Assembly: GCA_002256025.1 (NCBI GenBank)
Contig: NKIB01012903.1
Span: 1-64,000 of the forward strand
Origin: Asterionella formosa
Taxonomy: Eukaryota
Length of the DNA: 64,000 nt
Direction: 5' to 3'
The first letter of the stretch is position 1. The number at the start of each line of letters is the position of its first letter. This document shows positions 48,122 through 60,160 of this stretch, one piece after another. The notes below the pieces were generated by a model, which searched no databases, had not been told where the DNA came from, and was given only the letters and a program-made list of their open reading frames with translations. A program made the translations under genes and the position numbers.

Positions 48122-48339
48122 AGAAATTTGATGACATTGCCATCATCGTCAATGTATTCACTTTTCTTTTGAAGAACAAACCGTTCAGAGAACTTGGTCA
48201 AAATCTTGTCAGTTGTCAAGAACTCCACAGAACCCTCATTCTTATTGATGGACAAAATCTTGGGAACCAAATCGGACGCCACTTCTTCTGGTTGGGCAGC
48301 CAGCACACCAAATGGAAACTTTTGAAGTTCGGGGGTAGA
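48122..48339 (-). pseudogene. Inserted fragment resembling the C-terminus of a NOL/NYC1-like short-chain dehydrogenase
   Basis: The minus strand reads STPELQKFPFGVLAAQPEEVASDLVPKILSINKNEGSVEFLTTDKILTKFSERFVLQKKSEYIDDDGNVIK without stops. Excising it restores the Crypton frame (QVSL-ACVLHH). Confidence 0.65.
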
Positions 48340-49131
48340 CTTGTGTGTTGCATCACATGAGAATCTACAAATACTGGGAAAGGATAAAACATCATCGATG
48401 CATTTAACAGGAGTGTGTACATCAAATGAAATTGCAGCACTTTCAGATCAGGTTGTTGTTCGATATCCATTTGAAGAAAAGGATTTTTTTGCAATTAAAT
48501 TGACTGGCATTCTTCTACATGTTGCGCACCTTGCTGCCATAGAGCAAATGAGAGGTGACTTTCTCCGACTTGGTCCATCATTGCTTAGTGATTTTGAGAA
48601 AAATGCTCAATGATCGAACTTATGCTGGTGTAATTTCAGAAAATCGAATGGAGGCCATCATGGAAAAAATTATTGGGCAAAAGCTCCTTGGGTTGACTGA
48701 ACGACTAGACCAAGCAGCAACAAGGAATTATGCTGCATCAAACAACCACCCAACAACTCCAAACAACCAGAAATCATCCTCCCATCTGTTTTTGCATCCT
48801 CATGATGGATTTTTCCGGAGAGTTCCAGTTGGATGGCAGTTCCCGCTTTGTGCTGTAGCTGTTGCTTACTGTTTATGGCATATGGGAGATGATAGGAATA
48901 AAATTGGTCCATTACAGTTTTTAGACAATCGTGATGTCAGTTTTGAGGCTGTCACAAGGGCGAATGCTTACGGTGCCAATGGTGAGGAGCAAGGTGTTGT
49001 CTGGAAAGGATGCAAAAGGGGTATCAAGTATTTAGACAATGAAAAGATTGGATGGCAGAGCAAAAAATCGAGGCTTCCTGCAACCTCCATTTACAAGAGA
49101 AAATGTGGTCCTTGTTGCTCTTGAGCAATGC

Positions 49132-49219
49132 AAAGACTGTCTTGGCATTTCACCTGTGACTGCTCAAGGGAGGAAAAAGACTGTCTTGGCATTTCACCTG
49201 TGACTGCTCAAGGGAGGAA
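49132..49219. repeat. Perfect 44-bp tandem duplication inside the Crypton
   Basis: aaagactgtcttggcatttcacctgtgactgctcaagggaggaa occurs twice. Confidence 0.95.
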
Positions 49220-51944
49220 GAGACGTGTTGCAAGTCTGAAGTGGAACACTGCTTTTAGACAAATGCCTACAGAGAGAAATGTTGTAAAAAGTTGTGGCAC
49301 TAATACTGGAAATTGTATTCCATACATTGGTGATACAATGGTTAGTATTGCCATTTTGAAAGATGGTGACGAAGCATCAGCAAACTTGCAAGAAGTCTAA
49401 ATTTTCATTCGTCACTTTCTATCTGATTAATTAAATAATAACCATATACAAGTACATTTGCATATACTTTATCACTAGATTGGTGCTCTACCCTGCTTTA
49501 TATCATTCAGCCAAATACTAGCTAGGATTAACACTCTGGCTATCTATGGCCATATCACCATTGCTTTGTACATAACCGTTAATACAGTATCAGTGTGGTT
49601 GTTTCAATACTGCTAGCTATACTACTACAAGATTTGATCGACAATTTATCAGTATAAAGTACAACTGGTAGTATATTTAGTGCATACCTCATCGACCACT
49701 GATGGTACCTGGCACCTGGTACCAGGTACAAGTAGTGCTAAATCCTGTTCTATATGGCCATAAAATTTCGTGTACAGGTATACCGAGTATCTTAGATGTA
49801 CGTGTGTAGTTAGTATGTCGATTCGAAATGATCAACCATAGAGGACTACTTAGCAGACTAACATAAACCCGGTATTTCAAATCTGTGGGGAAAATCATCC
49901 ACATTTTTCCGTCTAGTTGAGGAAGGTGTAAGTGATGGGACACCAATAGAAGGTGAAGGAGGGAAGTCTGAGCTACCATTTTTTGAACTATATACTTGGG
50001 TTCTACTCCCAGCAGATTGAGATGCAATGTCACCTAGTTTTGAAAGTAAGGTGGATGACATCAGCCAGTCGACTCTCTTCTTGAAGGAGTTTGGACTTCT
50101 GACTAATAGTATTATTGGTGGAAGCAGGAGTGACAAGTATGCAGAATGATGATTGAGAGTCAAGAAATTCCTCAAATGTGGTGCTTGAAGAAGTTTTCAA
50201 CAAATAACAAGTTGATGAACCAACAGAAATGATGCAGGATGTGCATCAAAGATGTAGGAGGGAGGAAGCAATTCTGTCAGTATTGTAGTCTTTCTGTTAC
50301 ACCAAAAACTATTTGTTCTTTGGTAGGAATGCAAAGTTGAAATTAGGTCTGTAAGGTGGCTAAAAGTGCTATAAGGGTTGTGCAGGATAGAGTAAGAAAG
50401 GTGGAGTATTGTTGCTTGGCAAAGCGTTGTTTGCCATATTGCAAATTGACAAAATGTATGAGGTTTATATTCCAGATAGAACAGTGCCACAGATTAGATT
50501 GCCAATCAATTGATATCTGCTGATAATCACACTGGTGGTCATACACAGCTAGTATGTATTTAGGCTATTATTACACAAATACACGATTTCATATTACCCG
50601 GTACAGTAGTTACATTTATTTTTCAAAAAAGTATTTTTCATTAGCTATACATTGATTGTTTTCACTTCATTTCGAGTATATGTACATTAATCATATACAT
50701 ACCTACCAGTTATAGACTTGGTCCTCTATTTACTGTAATATAGTGCAATAGTATATGTACTCGTGGTGACTCCATCATATTAAATACTCCAAATATATGC
50801 AATGGTCTATTCCCCACACAGACGTACCCTGGTACCAGGTACCAGTAGATAGGAGCAATGGTACCTGGTACCGAATTCTTCTGATGCATACCGGCCGGAA
50901 ACGTAGACGTAAAAAATTGAACTCCCAGTTAAACCCGTAGTGGAAGCTTTGCTAAAACTATAGATTTAGCTATCTTTATCTTAGATTAAAATGTTAGTTA
51001 GCTAAGCAAAATGACCGCAACTTGGAGGTACCTGGTGATGACAGATACAACCGCAAAAAGCATGATAACAAGTAAAGCGAGATGAAAAAGGTAGTATAAT
51101 GGGAGGAAAGATAATCATGGTTTGGGTGAAAAATATATTCGTCATGTACAGATTCAACAATCTTAATGGTAGTCATCCGGAATTTTAAATACAACTGGAG
51201 TTCACTTTCATCGTTATTCATTTAAATAATTTCAATCAACTATCATTTTTTCTCACGTTAGGGTCATTGAATTTCCTTCCCTTTGTCCTAGTAACATATA
51301 ATCTATAACTGTAGTAGACATGGACCCAACAACGCTCTAGGAGCAGTCACGTCATCTGTTTCTTGTATCTTTCGCTTGCTCAAGGCAAAAGGAAACAGTA
51401 GATAAAGGGGGCAAAAGTCCCGACCACTTTTCTCACGAAATAAATTCGAGTACGTGCCAACTGACCAAGTTCATTGCCAAACGAGTGTCGATTGTTACTT
51501 GATACCTCAGACCAGGTATCTAGTTTAAAATGCCCAACCGTGGCAATCTTTGTCCAGCTTCCAAAATAAAATTAAAACCTCAGAGGGTTTGATTTCTAAT
51601 CATGCCTTCATCTTCATCCCCCTCTCTTGGATATTTCTTCACAAGGGGGCCGAAAACTTCTAAAAATGCGGAAAGCTTTGTTTTACGTCCGTATAATGTC
51701 CATCATTCACAAATGTGGATTTCCTCCTCTAGCCCTTTCTTCCTTCCTCCAACGATTATTTGCTTCAGCAACTTGAGGTTTGACTCTTTAATTTCTAGCA
51801 TGAGTAGCAACTCCTCGACGACAAGATCTTCTTATTCCATAATCTTCTCTAACATCAACCTCTGCATCCATCAGTCCAGGATAAGACTCCATCACAACTT
51901 CCAAACATTGTTAAATCCTTCAGCATAGTTCCGAATTGTAATCA

Positions 51945-52378
51945 CGTCTTTCTTTGGCCCTTGCAATTTTGTCAATCGGCTAAACCAATCGCCTGGGTGC
52001 AGCCCAGTCGCAGTGACATTAACAAATGGCATAAGATGATACACCTCACCTCTTATTCCTTTGAAACGCCCCCACATGGCAACAACGATATGATGAGGTA
52101 TCTTGTTTGTGCTCCCGGGATTATGCATCATGTTTTAAGCAACCTCCCGAATCAATCAACATGAGCTCTTCTCCTGGCAATCCAGTGCAAAATCCCACGA
52201 TACATATAAAGCCTAATTCTGCCACTTGGCGACGGCTCGAGACAGTAATGCAGTTTCTCTAATCAAGTTCCAACAAGTTCTGAACAGCATGCCGTACTTC
52301 TATTGATGTAGCAGTATCTTGAACAAGAAGGTCCCCCACCCTTTTATGAAATCCGACCATAAATCGATCATACCACAT
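51945..52378 (-). pseudogene. Remnant of a second, different tyrosine recombinase
   Basis: WYDRFMVGFHKRVGDLLVQD.ATSIEV..GFCTGLPGEELMLID (box I-like, GL[R>P]GEE), then after a frameshift HIVVAMWGRFKG..GEVYHLMP..TATGL. Contains an internal stop. Confidence 0.6.
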
Positions 52379-53123
52379 GTTTTCGGAAAAGAAGATGAAC
52401 AAACTTATGAAATCAATCGAAGAATCCTTTGAATACACTCAAATAACAAATGAATTTGAACAGACTCATAATACTCCAGAAAAAATAATGAAGCAAGTAT
52501 GCCGATACAATAATGGCAGAGATTGAAAAGAAGGAAAGATTGTTGCTTTCAAAGGCAAGAGGAAACCCAAACAGTTGTTCTTCGCGGATGAAGACTCTAT
52601 TCCTACAGAGTCAGCCACAGTTCCATCCAGTGTCGTATTTTGCTCCTCATTCTCCTGAAATTGCTGATAATGAAGAAGAAATCAGTGATTCTCATTCATT
52701 TGATGAACAAAATCATGCGATGAATGAATATATCGGTGGAAATGTGGCAGACATCACTTCAGAAGTAGAAATGGCTGGTTGAAAGGTTGCAAAACCAAGA
52801 AATATTTCTCACTATTCGTCCAGAACATCAAGATGAACATCATGAAAGCAGAGCAGAGAAACTATTGCATTTTTATAAAAATGATATTGAAGAAAAAGTC
52901 CGAGCTAGATCAAGACCTCGAATTCAAGAAGATCAATGCAGACAGAGATGTGATGCTGGCTAAGGCAGTTGATGCGCGCACTGAGTAGGGAACGAAGTTT
53001 GAAGAAAAAATTCAATCTTTTTCCAAATCATACATGGAAGAAAAAGATTAGGATTTCTTTGTAAAATCATCGAGAACAATCCCGAAGGCAGCTACCTACT
53101 TTTGTGAAGAGTCAGCATGTGAA

Positions 53124-54118
53124 ATGTGTAGAGTTATTATATCAAAGCAAACTGCATTTTCCATGAGTTTGCCGAAAACGCATGGACAACTAAAATTGTG
53201 GAAAGATTTGTTCACACGTACCCCACAAGAAATATGCAATTACGCCTCTGTATTTTATGGAGTCAAAAAGGTATCAAAAACTCATCTTCAGATTTTAAAG
53301 ATCTTGCATATTGGGACCTTGAAACAATTACCTCGCTCTATGATCCATTATATAATTCATGAACTTCATCCAACTGATGTAAAGGGTATATTTGATCTGG
53401 ATGAGAACCCAGAAGAGGGTAATGACAACCCGCATATATACCAAGGTGATTGTCATCCACTTCATCATGACAGTAACTATGTGCTAATTGTTTATTGCAA
53501 AAGATCAGATGAGGAGCGAGGAAAACAACCATTTTGTGCATTATCTTTTTGCTATAAATGATGGATTATGTCAGGTCCGTGATCCAGGAAAAGATGCAAA
53601 TTTGGATGAACATTATAATCAAGTATTTCACCTTGCCCGTAAGTACTGCATCATCCCTGGATGAACGATACAATTGGAAATGTTATGCAAAGATGCAGGA
53701 TATCTTCCACAAGAATCCCATACACCTGAAGAAATTGGTTTATCGGAATCGTTCTATACTGGAACCAAAGCACCATTGCAGAGCAATCATTATGGCCACT
53801 GAACATGATTCCATGTTATTTCAACCAGAAGATGATAGTGGATGGTTATGTGGACCATTAACAATTGTGAAAGTATTGGAAACTCTATTGCAACTAGAAA
53901 GGAATGGCAAAACCAAATTTCTTGGCAACCGGGCTCAATTACGTTTTGAGACGGAGTCCTGGACGTTTCAAAACGACACTAGGCAGGTGGTAGCAACTGA
54001 TCGAACAGACGATTTGGTATCTGTTACATCTGACCCACCAACCAAGTCAACATGCTTTCATCTTGGATCAGTTTGGCCTCAAGTGACAACGACAAACATT
54101 CGTGAGGATGTGTTTTAG
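53124..54118 (+). pseudogene. Fragmented ORF, possibly a Ulp1/C48-like cysteine protease carried by a transposon
   Basis: PLHHDSNYVLIV..D followed by FQPEDDSGWLCGP (Q-x-x-D..CG). Interrupted frames, convergent with the Plavaka-like transposase. Confidence 0.35.
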
Positions 54119-54649
54119 TTAGGAATAACTGTTCTTCAATTTTGTATCGACAAAATTTTGAGCTCCTATTTAGATTTAAAAATGTTGAACGAAGTATTTA
54201 GACTACTTCCTTGCAATTCATCTTTTAAGAAGGATGCTGATGTTGTCAACGTGAAATCCATGATCCAACAAATGAATGAAAAAGTTGCTCCCATAAAATG
54301 GTAAAACCATCTACCTCTTGGCCAAATTTCTGGATGCATCAAAATTGACAAAAAGTTGAAAAAATATTTTGTAACTAATGATAGCCCTTCTGGAATCAAA
54401 TTGAAAAAGTTTACAGACTCATATCGAACTGCAGTTGAAAAGTTGAGACGAAAATTTTCGGACGAAAAAAGAAGGACTATCTTAGGTTCTTTGGGAGTGA
54501 AAAAGAACAAATAATGGACGTACCATTGGGATCATCCAAACTCATCATTCCTCAGGACATTTTTCGTTTGTGAAAACCTTCTAATAGCTTAACTAGTATG
54601 TGAAACTATATTATCACTATTATTTATATTATTCTTGTGTATTTATCAA

Positions 54650-57030
54650 CGTTCGCTTGTTAGTTTTTGGTCCCACCCGATTGATTTCCAGAAATGACGT
54701 GGAGGCATGGCAACATAAAAATTATCTTTCCGTATCTGTTCCAAAACTTCTTGCGGTTTCAGAGATTTCCTTGGCTTGATTCCTGTGGTTTCAAAGCAGG
54801 AACAACAAATGCTGCCGAAAGTATGTTATAATTCAACAACGCTCAATTCAGTTGTATCATTGCATAAGGTGTCTCCTCTTGCAAAAAACATTCGTTTATG
54901 AATTTTCATTTCAGTTGAACTTTTCAAGGAACGAATACACGCTAAGAGAATGGTTGTTGTGTTGGAGAAAATAAGCAACATTTCCCCAAAGAAGTAGTTT
55001 TGCCGGAACTAAGTAGGAACTTGATCCATCTCCTTTCTCCCAGCTCACATCAACCCAGTCAAACCATTCACGACCAGAGATGCATTCCTGCATTTGAATC
55101 ATTATTCCATTTCGGATGGCATCTGAAAATAGTAGTTTGGCCGGGAACGTTACTTTCAATTTTAACATGATAATAAAAGTCAATCCTTACGATGGAAACA
55201 GCACCAGGCCCAACCCCATCTTCAAGAATTTTTATTCTTGCTATTTCTATTGCTGAATTTGCAATGCTCTTTACTTAGTTGGCCCCCTTCGGTTAATCAG
55301 GATGAACGAATTGAGACCACAAGAAGGGTGCATCCTTACTCCGTGATACATGCCCAATCTTATTAGGGACACCTGCTGCCTGCTATAGTCCATAGACCAT
55401 TTGATGATGAAGCAGAGAATTGAACTTTAACATGAAGGGATAGTGAATGGATCTTGGTGGGCGATATTCCCAAATTATCAGGCGACATACTAGGCAACAT
55501 CCTTATATCCGGAATCATTCCTTCGAAATCAATTTCTTTTGAAATACCCTCAGTTACATTCATATGTCTGTACTAATTTAATCATCTTCTTTTGTTTGTT
55601 TTTTGTATGTAATGTATCACTTGCAAAAACAATTTTTCGTGCCAAGGAAAACTGCCTTGTTTCACATGACCTTTTTAAAATGTCATGCTTTAATCGATGT
55701 AATTGTCCACTGACTCGCTTACTGGGTCGCTCGTTTCAATTTGTCTTTCAAAAAAGAATCCAAATAGTATCCATCAAAGAAATTAAGAGGAGATCCGAGC
55801 GAACATAACCATAACAGCAATGTGAAATCCTTTTCTAGGTGCATGTTCTCTGAACCCATCATTCCACCCGTGTGTCCTTTTTGGTCTTTGTCCGTTTCTT
55901 CGGTTGCTCTTGATCAAAAAAAGCAGTGTCTGTTGTTTCAGTGATTTGTTTCTGATCAGAGATGTTCTTTGAAATATTTGGAGATTTTCTTTCTTTCATT
56001 AGATTGTGAGACATTGGGAGACACAATACTCAGGTGGGATACATGGCAATTTTCCATCGGGATATGTATTTTTGTCAAGAAATTTGTTAAAAACTTTTTA
56101 ACACATGACACTTTACAACGTTCACATCCAATATCAGGATTATCAGCATCTTCAGTTGAAACCAGGCAATCACGACAAACATACGGTCGATAAAATCCAT
56201 TACCACCCCTGAAACCACAAATTTTGTTGTGCTCTTCTGTATCAACAATGATCATTCCAATCTGGAAATAAACTTTGTCATACCAAGACCATGAACCCAA
56301 ATATCGTATGACTTGTTTGGATCTTCGAAAGGCGACAATAGAAATCCTGTAACAGAATGGTATAATTTGAGTCGACATAAGGACAAGTCGTCACCAGATA
56401 ACATATCATTCATTTGTTTCTCCAGATCACTGACTTCAATCTGGGGGTCTGGCAAAAGACATACCAATTGCCATCCATCAACTTTTTCCCTTCGTCCTTC
56501 TAACGTTAATTTTTACATTGTCAACAAAAACGGAGGCTTGGAATGTTTCATTTGTTTATGAATAGGTGAACCATCACTGAAAACTGCTAGGGCAACAAAT
56601 AAACACCCTGTCTTCAACACTCCATTTTCTGATGCAGGAGAATTGTTGAATGCTTTATCAAACCAAGTCGCGGAAGTTACTTCGTCATATATGCGTTCTT
56701 CACAAGTTGTAAGTTGCACTTGTGGGTGACATACAAAATGTTGCATGATATCGGAATCATGTAGCAATCCTGCCATGAGCTGTACTGGTTCGAAATAATG
56801 GAGTGTGCGTTGGATGATCATGCTTGAATTGTTATCAATCTGTATTGTTTGTTTGGTCAACAGTTGACCACCAGCTAATGTTGGTGGAAATGAAATATCC
56901 ATGCGTTTTTTCAAAGTCTGGTAGGATGGAGCTTGATACCACCTTCCATCAAAATATTTCATTGCTTTTGCCTTGAACAGCCATTTTATTAGATGATCAA
57001 AGTAAACTGGTCGAAGGTAATTCTTGTTAA
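54650..57030 (-). mobile_element. Decayed Plavaka/CACTA-related transposase
   Basis: YDEVTSATWF..VALAVFSDGSPIHK..PFLLT, R..W.LVCLLPD, GMIIVDTEEHNKICG..CRDCLV..DADNP and WFDWVDVSW..PAKLLLW, with many stops. Fragmented upstream frames to about 59740 probably belong to the same element. Confidence 0.75.
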
Positions 57031-59954
57031 GAAATCACATGAGTTCTAATTCGATTGGATGCGCGCATGTTCAGGGAATGTTTATTTGGAAGTTGAAATT
57101 GAGAAGGAAGGGGCATTTCCATTGCATTTTCAGGGAGAAAGCCGGTGTGATCTTGGAAATCTGAATATTGCTTGGTTTCTGAAGTCAATCCTTGGAGAGT
57201 TTTTAGTCTCAATTGTTTGTCTTGTTGTCACTGAATATTGTTATAAACTGAATCATCTCTGTCGTCATGAAATGGATGATTGTGGCCACTTGATTCAAGG
57301 ATAGGACACATAATCTCTTCTTGTTGTCTACTCTCCCTAAATGCTGCAGCAGTTACACTGCCATTCACCTCTTTCCTTGAATTATTCGATGCACTACCGC
57401 AATACATAGTTTCATTATGTATTCCAGGAACTCGATGTTCTTGCATGCGATGTTGACAGTGACCATATGCATAGAAAACACGCTTGCTACAATTTCGGTT
57501 GTGAGACTCAGCCAGATGAGGATTTGTTCTTCCGAATTTTGTAGTTACACAGATAACACCATTGCAATTACACATTGCAAATTTCAAATGATGACAAAGT
57601 CAGGATATGAACAGGATAGAATGAAAATGAATTATTAATAATAAATATAGCATCACTCCGATCATGCTGTGCTGGACAATACAGAGTCGTGAAATTATCA
57701 CTCCACCATAGTAGTAAAAATGGATGTGTACCGCTACATACAATACAGGCGCTACTACTAGTAGTATAGAGCAACATCAATGTTTTCCTAACATCTATGA
57801 TATGGTTTGTGCTTTGTAGAAGTCTCACACTAACTATATTTATTATGTCACTACTAAGCATGCATTGGATTCTATTAGATCCATTCAAAATCAACGTTGT
57901 AATCAATGTCCCATTGATTAATGCGTTCATTGTAATCAATATTCTTCTCAGGAACATTTGGTTGAAGTGGTTCAACATATTGATGCATATCCTCTTCACT
58001 TACATTGGGAAATGAGAAGTATGAGTGTGGGTAGATGATATTTGTTGTGGAAGTAGCGATTTCACAAAGATTCCTTCCATATTCAGATCGATTCTTTTGT
58101 GAAAGTCCTGTGTCGATTTCCTTATATTAACCGAGTAAATCAATATCATCAGTCCATTGATCAGTGAGACCATTTGAAACTGAACTTTCTTCCCTCTCAC
58201 TTTTTTGATAAGTGGTTTCCCACCAATGTCGACAAAATCAGTAGAATGACGAATATCGTTCTCTGAAACTTCCTGCATATCTGGATTGAAACCCAAATAT
58301 TTTGGTTGCAAACGGAATTTTCCTTTCAGCACCAAGAAGCAAAAGGCTTCTGTACTGGCATTGATCAGCAAACCAACATAACGTGATTGCAATTCACATT
58401 GTGCCCAAAGACTTAGTTGAAATTTGGTAATACCAGATTTGTTTCCTGTTAAAAATGTTTCTCCATGGCTTGCTTGTCCTGCCTATAAAATACACTGGAG
58501 CAAGAACATCACGCCAGACTTGGTATCCTTGGCTTCCCCTGTCAACGTCCTTTGACTGCGAGTCATCAATATCCACTGTCTGGAAGTTAGCTATATTCTG
58601 TTAGACCAGCTGGTGTGTCATGAATTATGTTAGCATTTTTAAATTCAAAAATATTTGATAAGAATATAGTCGCCGACTCAAAACATCATGCTTTCAGAGC
58701 ATCTCCCACCCTGCAAGAACTTACCTAAGACTCCTTTAAATTGATTAATCAATACATTCTGACATTCGCTCATCTTTTTAATGCACATGCCACCAAATGT
58801 TGATTTGATGTAATCTAAACATGCCTTGTTGGTTTGTTCAATGGTCTGATTCATCGGAAGTAGCTAGTGCATCAGAACCATTCCATATGAAATCGGCAAG
58901 CTCTGGGTCATTCTCCAATTCTTTGCCTAACCCCGGTTTCACTGTGTATAGCCGAGTTAGGCGACATTGGGCAAACCAATCCTGTTTGTGATTGGAAATG
59001 CCTTTCATACTACTCGGACCAGATAGGCAGGGCGGGATGTTTGATTCTCTTTCGGACCAGAAAAAAGCACATTTGAATGATATTCTGCCTGTTTTACAAT
59101 ACCTGCAATTCACGAACTATAACCTCAAACTTACATGTTCACAGCAAAACTTCTTGGTCTTGAAAATAAAACTCACAAACTTTGTAACAATTGATGGTTC
59201 ACTTTTAGCTAAGAAGCGGGAACGACGTTCTGATAAGGCTGCTGAAATTGAAGATTCTTGATAACCTCGTATGGACGAGTTTTGAAACGAATTACGACCT
59301 TTGCAGTGATTGAGTTCATTGATCAATTGATAATATCCTTTGGCAAGTGCAAAATTTTTTTCCCTCAGTTTTTCATGTACTTGTTGGTCCGTGCGATTAG
59401 AAAATTTGTGATATGGTACAATGTCGTCCATCTGCATCTGGGAGTTATTAATGATATCATTGACAGGAGCCATTTTTCTTGTATCAACCACTGAAAAAGA
59501 AACTTCATCATCGCTTTCAGTATCAATTACGGGACCCTTTGATCTAGTAGCTGATGGTGTCCCCATCGACAATGGGGTAGTACCCCCACTAACTCCCTGT
59601 CGCCGATTGGGTTCCTTTGGATAAGTGCCTATTCGCTTTTTCTTTATTAACTCATTTTGGTACTTGCTTCGTTGTTCCACACCGGCAGTATTTGCCACAT
59701 GTTGATTGTTTCCATGAACCTCTTTATGGTTTTTTGATGACATTGTACTACTAGACTAGATAACTGTTGTCATTGTCTTCCTTAAAGTTTGATGATCTTA
59801 AAATCAGGCGTTGCTAGCTACAATGAAATGAATCATCAACCACTAGTACATATAATATTTTACGCTGTCTAGATATGATACCACAAAACCAACGGTGCTA
59901 TTTACATTATCATATACAATATCAGAATCGAGTTTGAGTAATAGCATATCTTGT

Positions 59955-60160
59955 TTTCAATTATACGATTATACGATCCTGAAACTATGATGCTTTACTG
60001 TCCCACTGTGGTAGCAACAGTCTTGAACATATGGTGTTCTTTTGCTCTCTTACTTCTCCAACTACCCTCTTTCAATTTTACGATCATACGATCCTAAAAC
60101 TATGATGATTTACTGTCCCGCTGCAGTAGTAACAGTCATGAACATATGGTGTTCTGTTTA
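59955..60160. repeat. Imperfect tandem duplication (period 115 bp)
   Basis: tttcaatt.tacgat.atacgatcct.aaactatgatg.tttactgtccc...gaacatatggtgttct at 59955 and 60070. Confidence 0.85.

Larger units (their letters stand above)
47494..49400 (+). mobile_element. Decayed Crypton (CryptonS-like) tyrosine-recombinase transposon, 5'-truncated
   Basis: KNDQ..RHVFTNP..CPITAL..LFPG..GTHSIRKGATTY..RGGWTLGSVRDVY..AGDHYVGRILAGLP, then downstream fragments KLTGILLHV and RRVPVGWQFP..LWHMGD..IGPLQFL. Frameshifted. Confidence 0.88.

Noticed and set aside
49860..50550. Possible LINE 3' remnant on the minus strand
   Set aside because: Only a vague Trp-spaced resemblance, with no RT or endonuclease motif.
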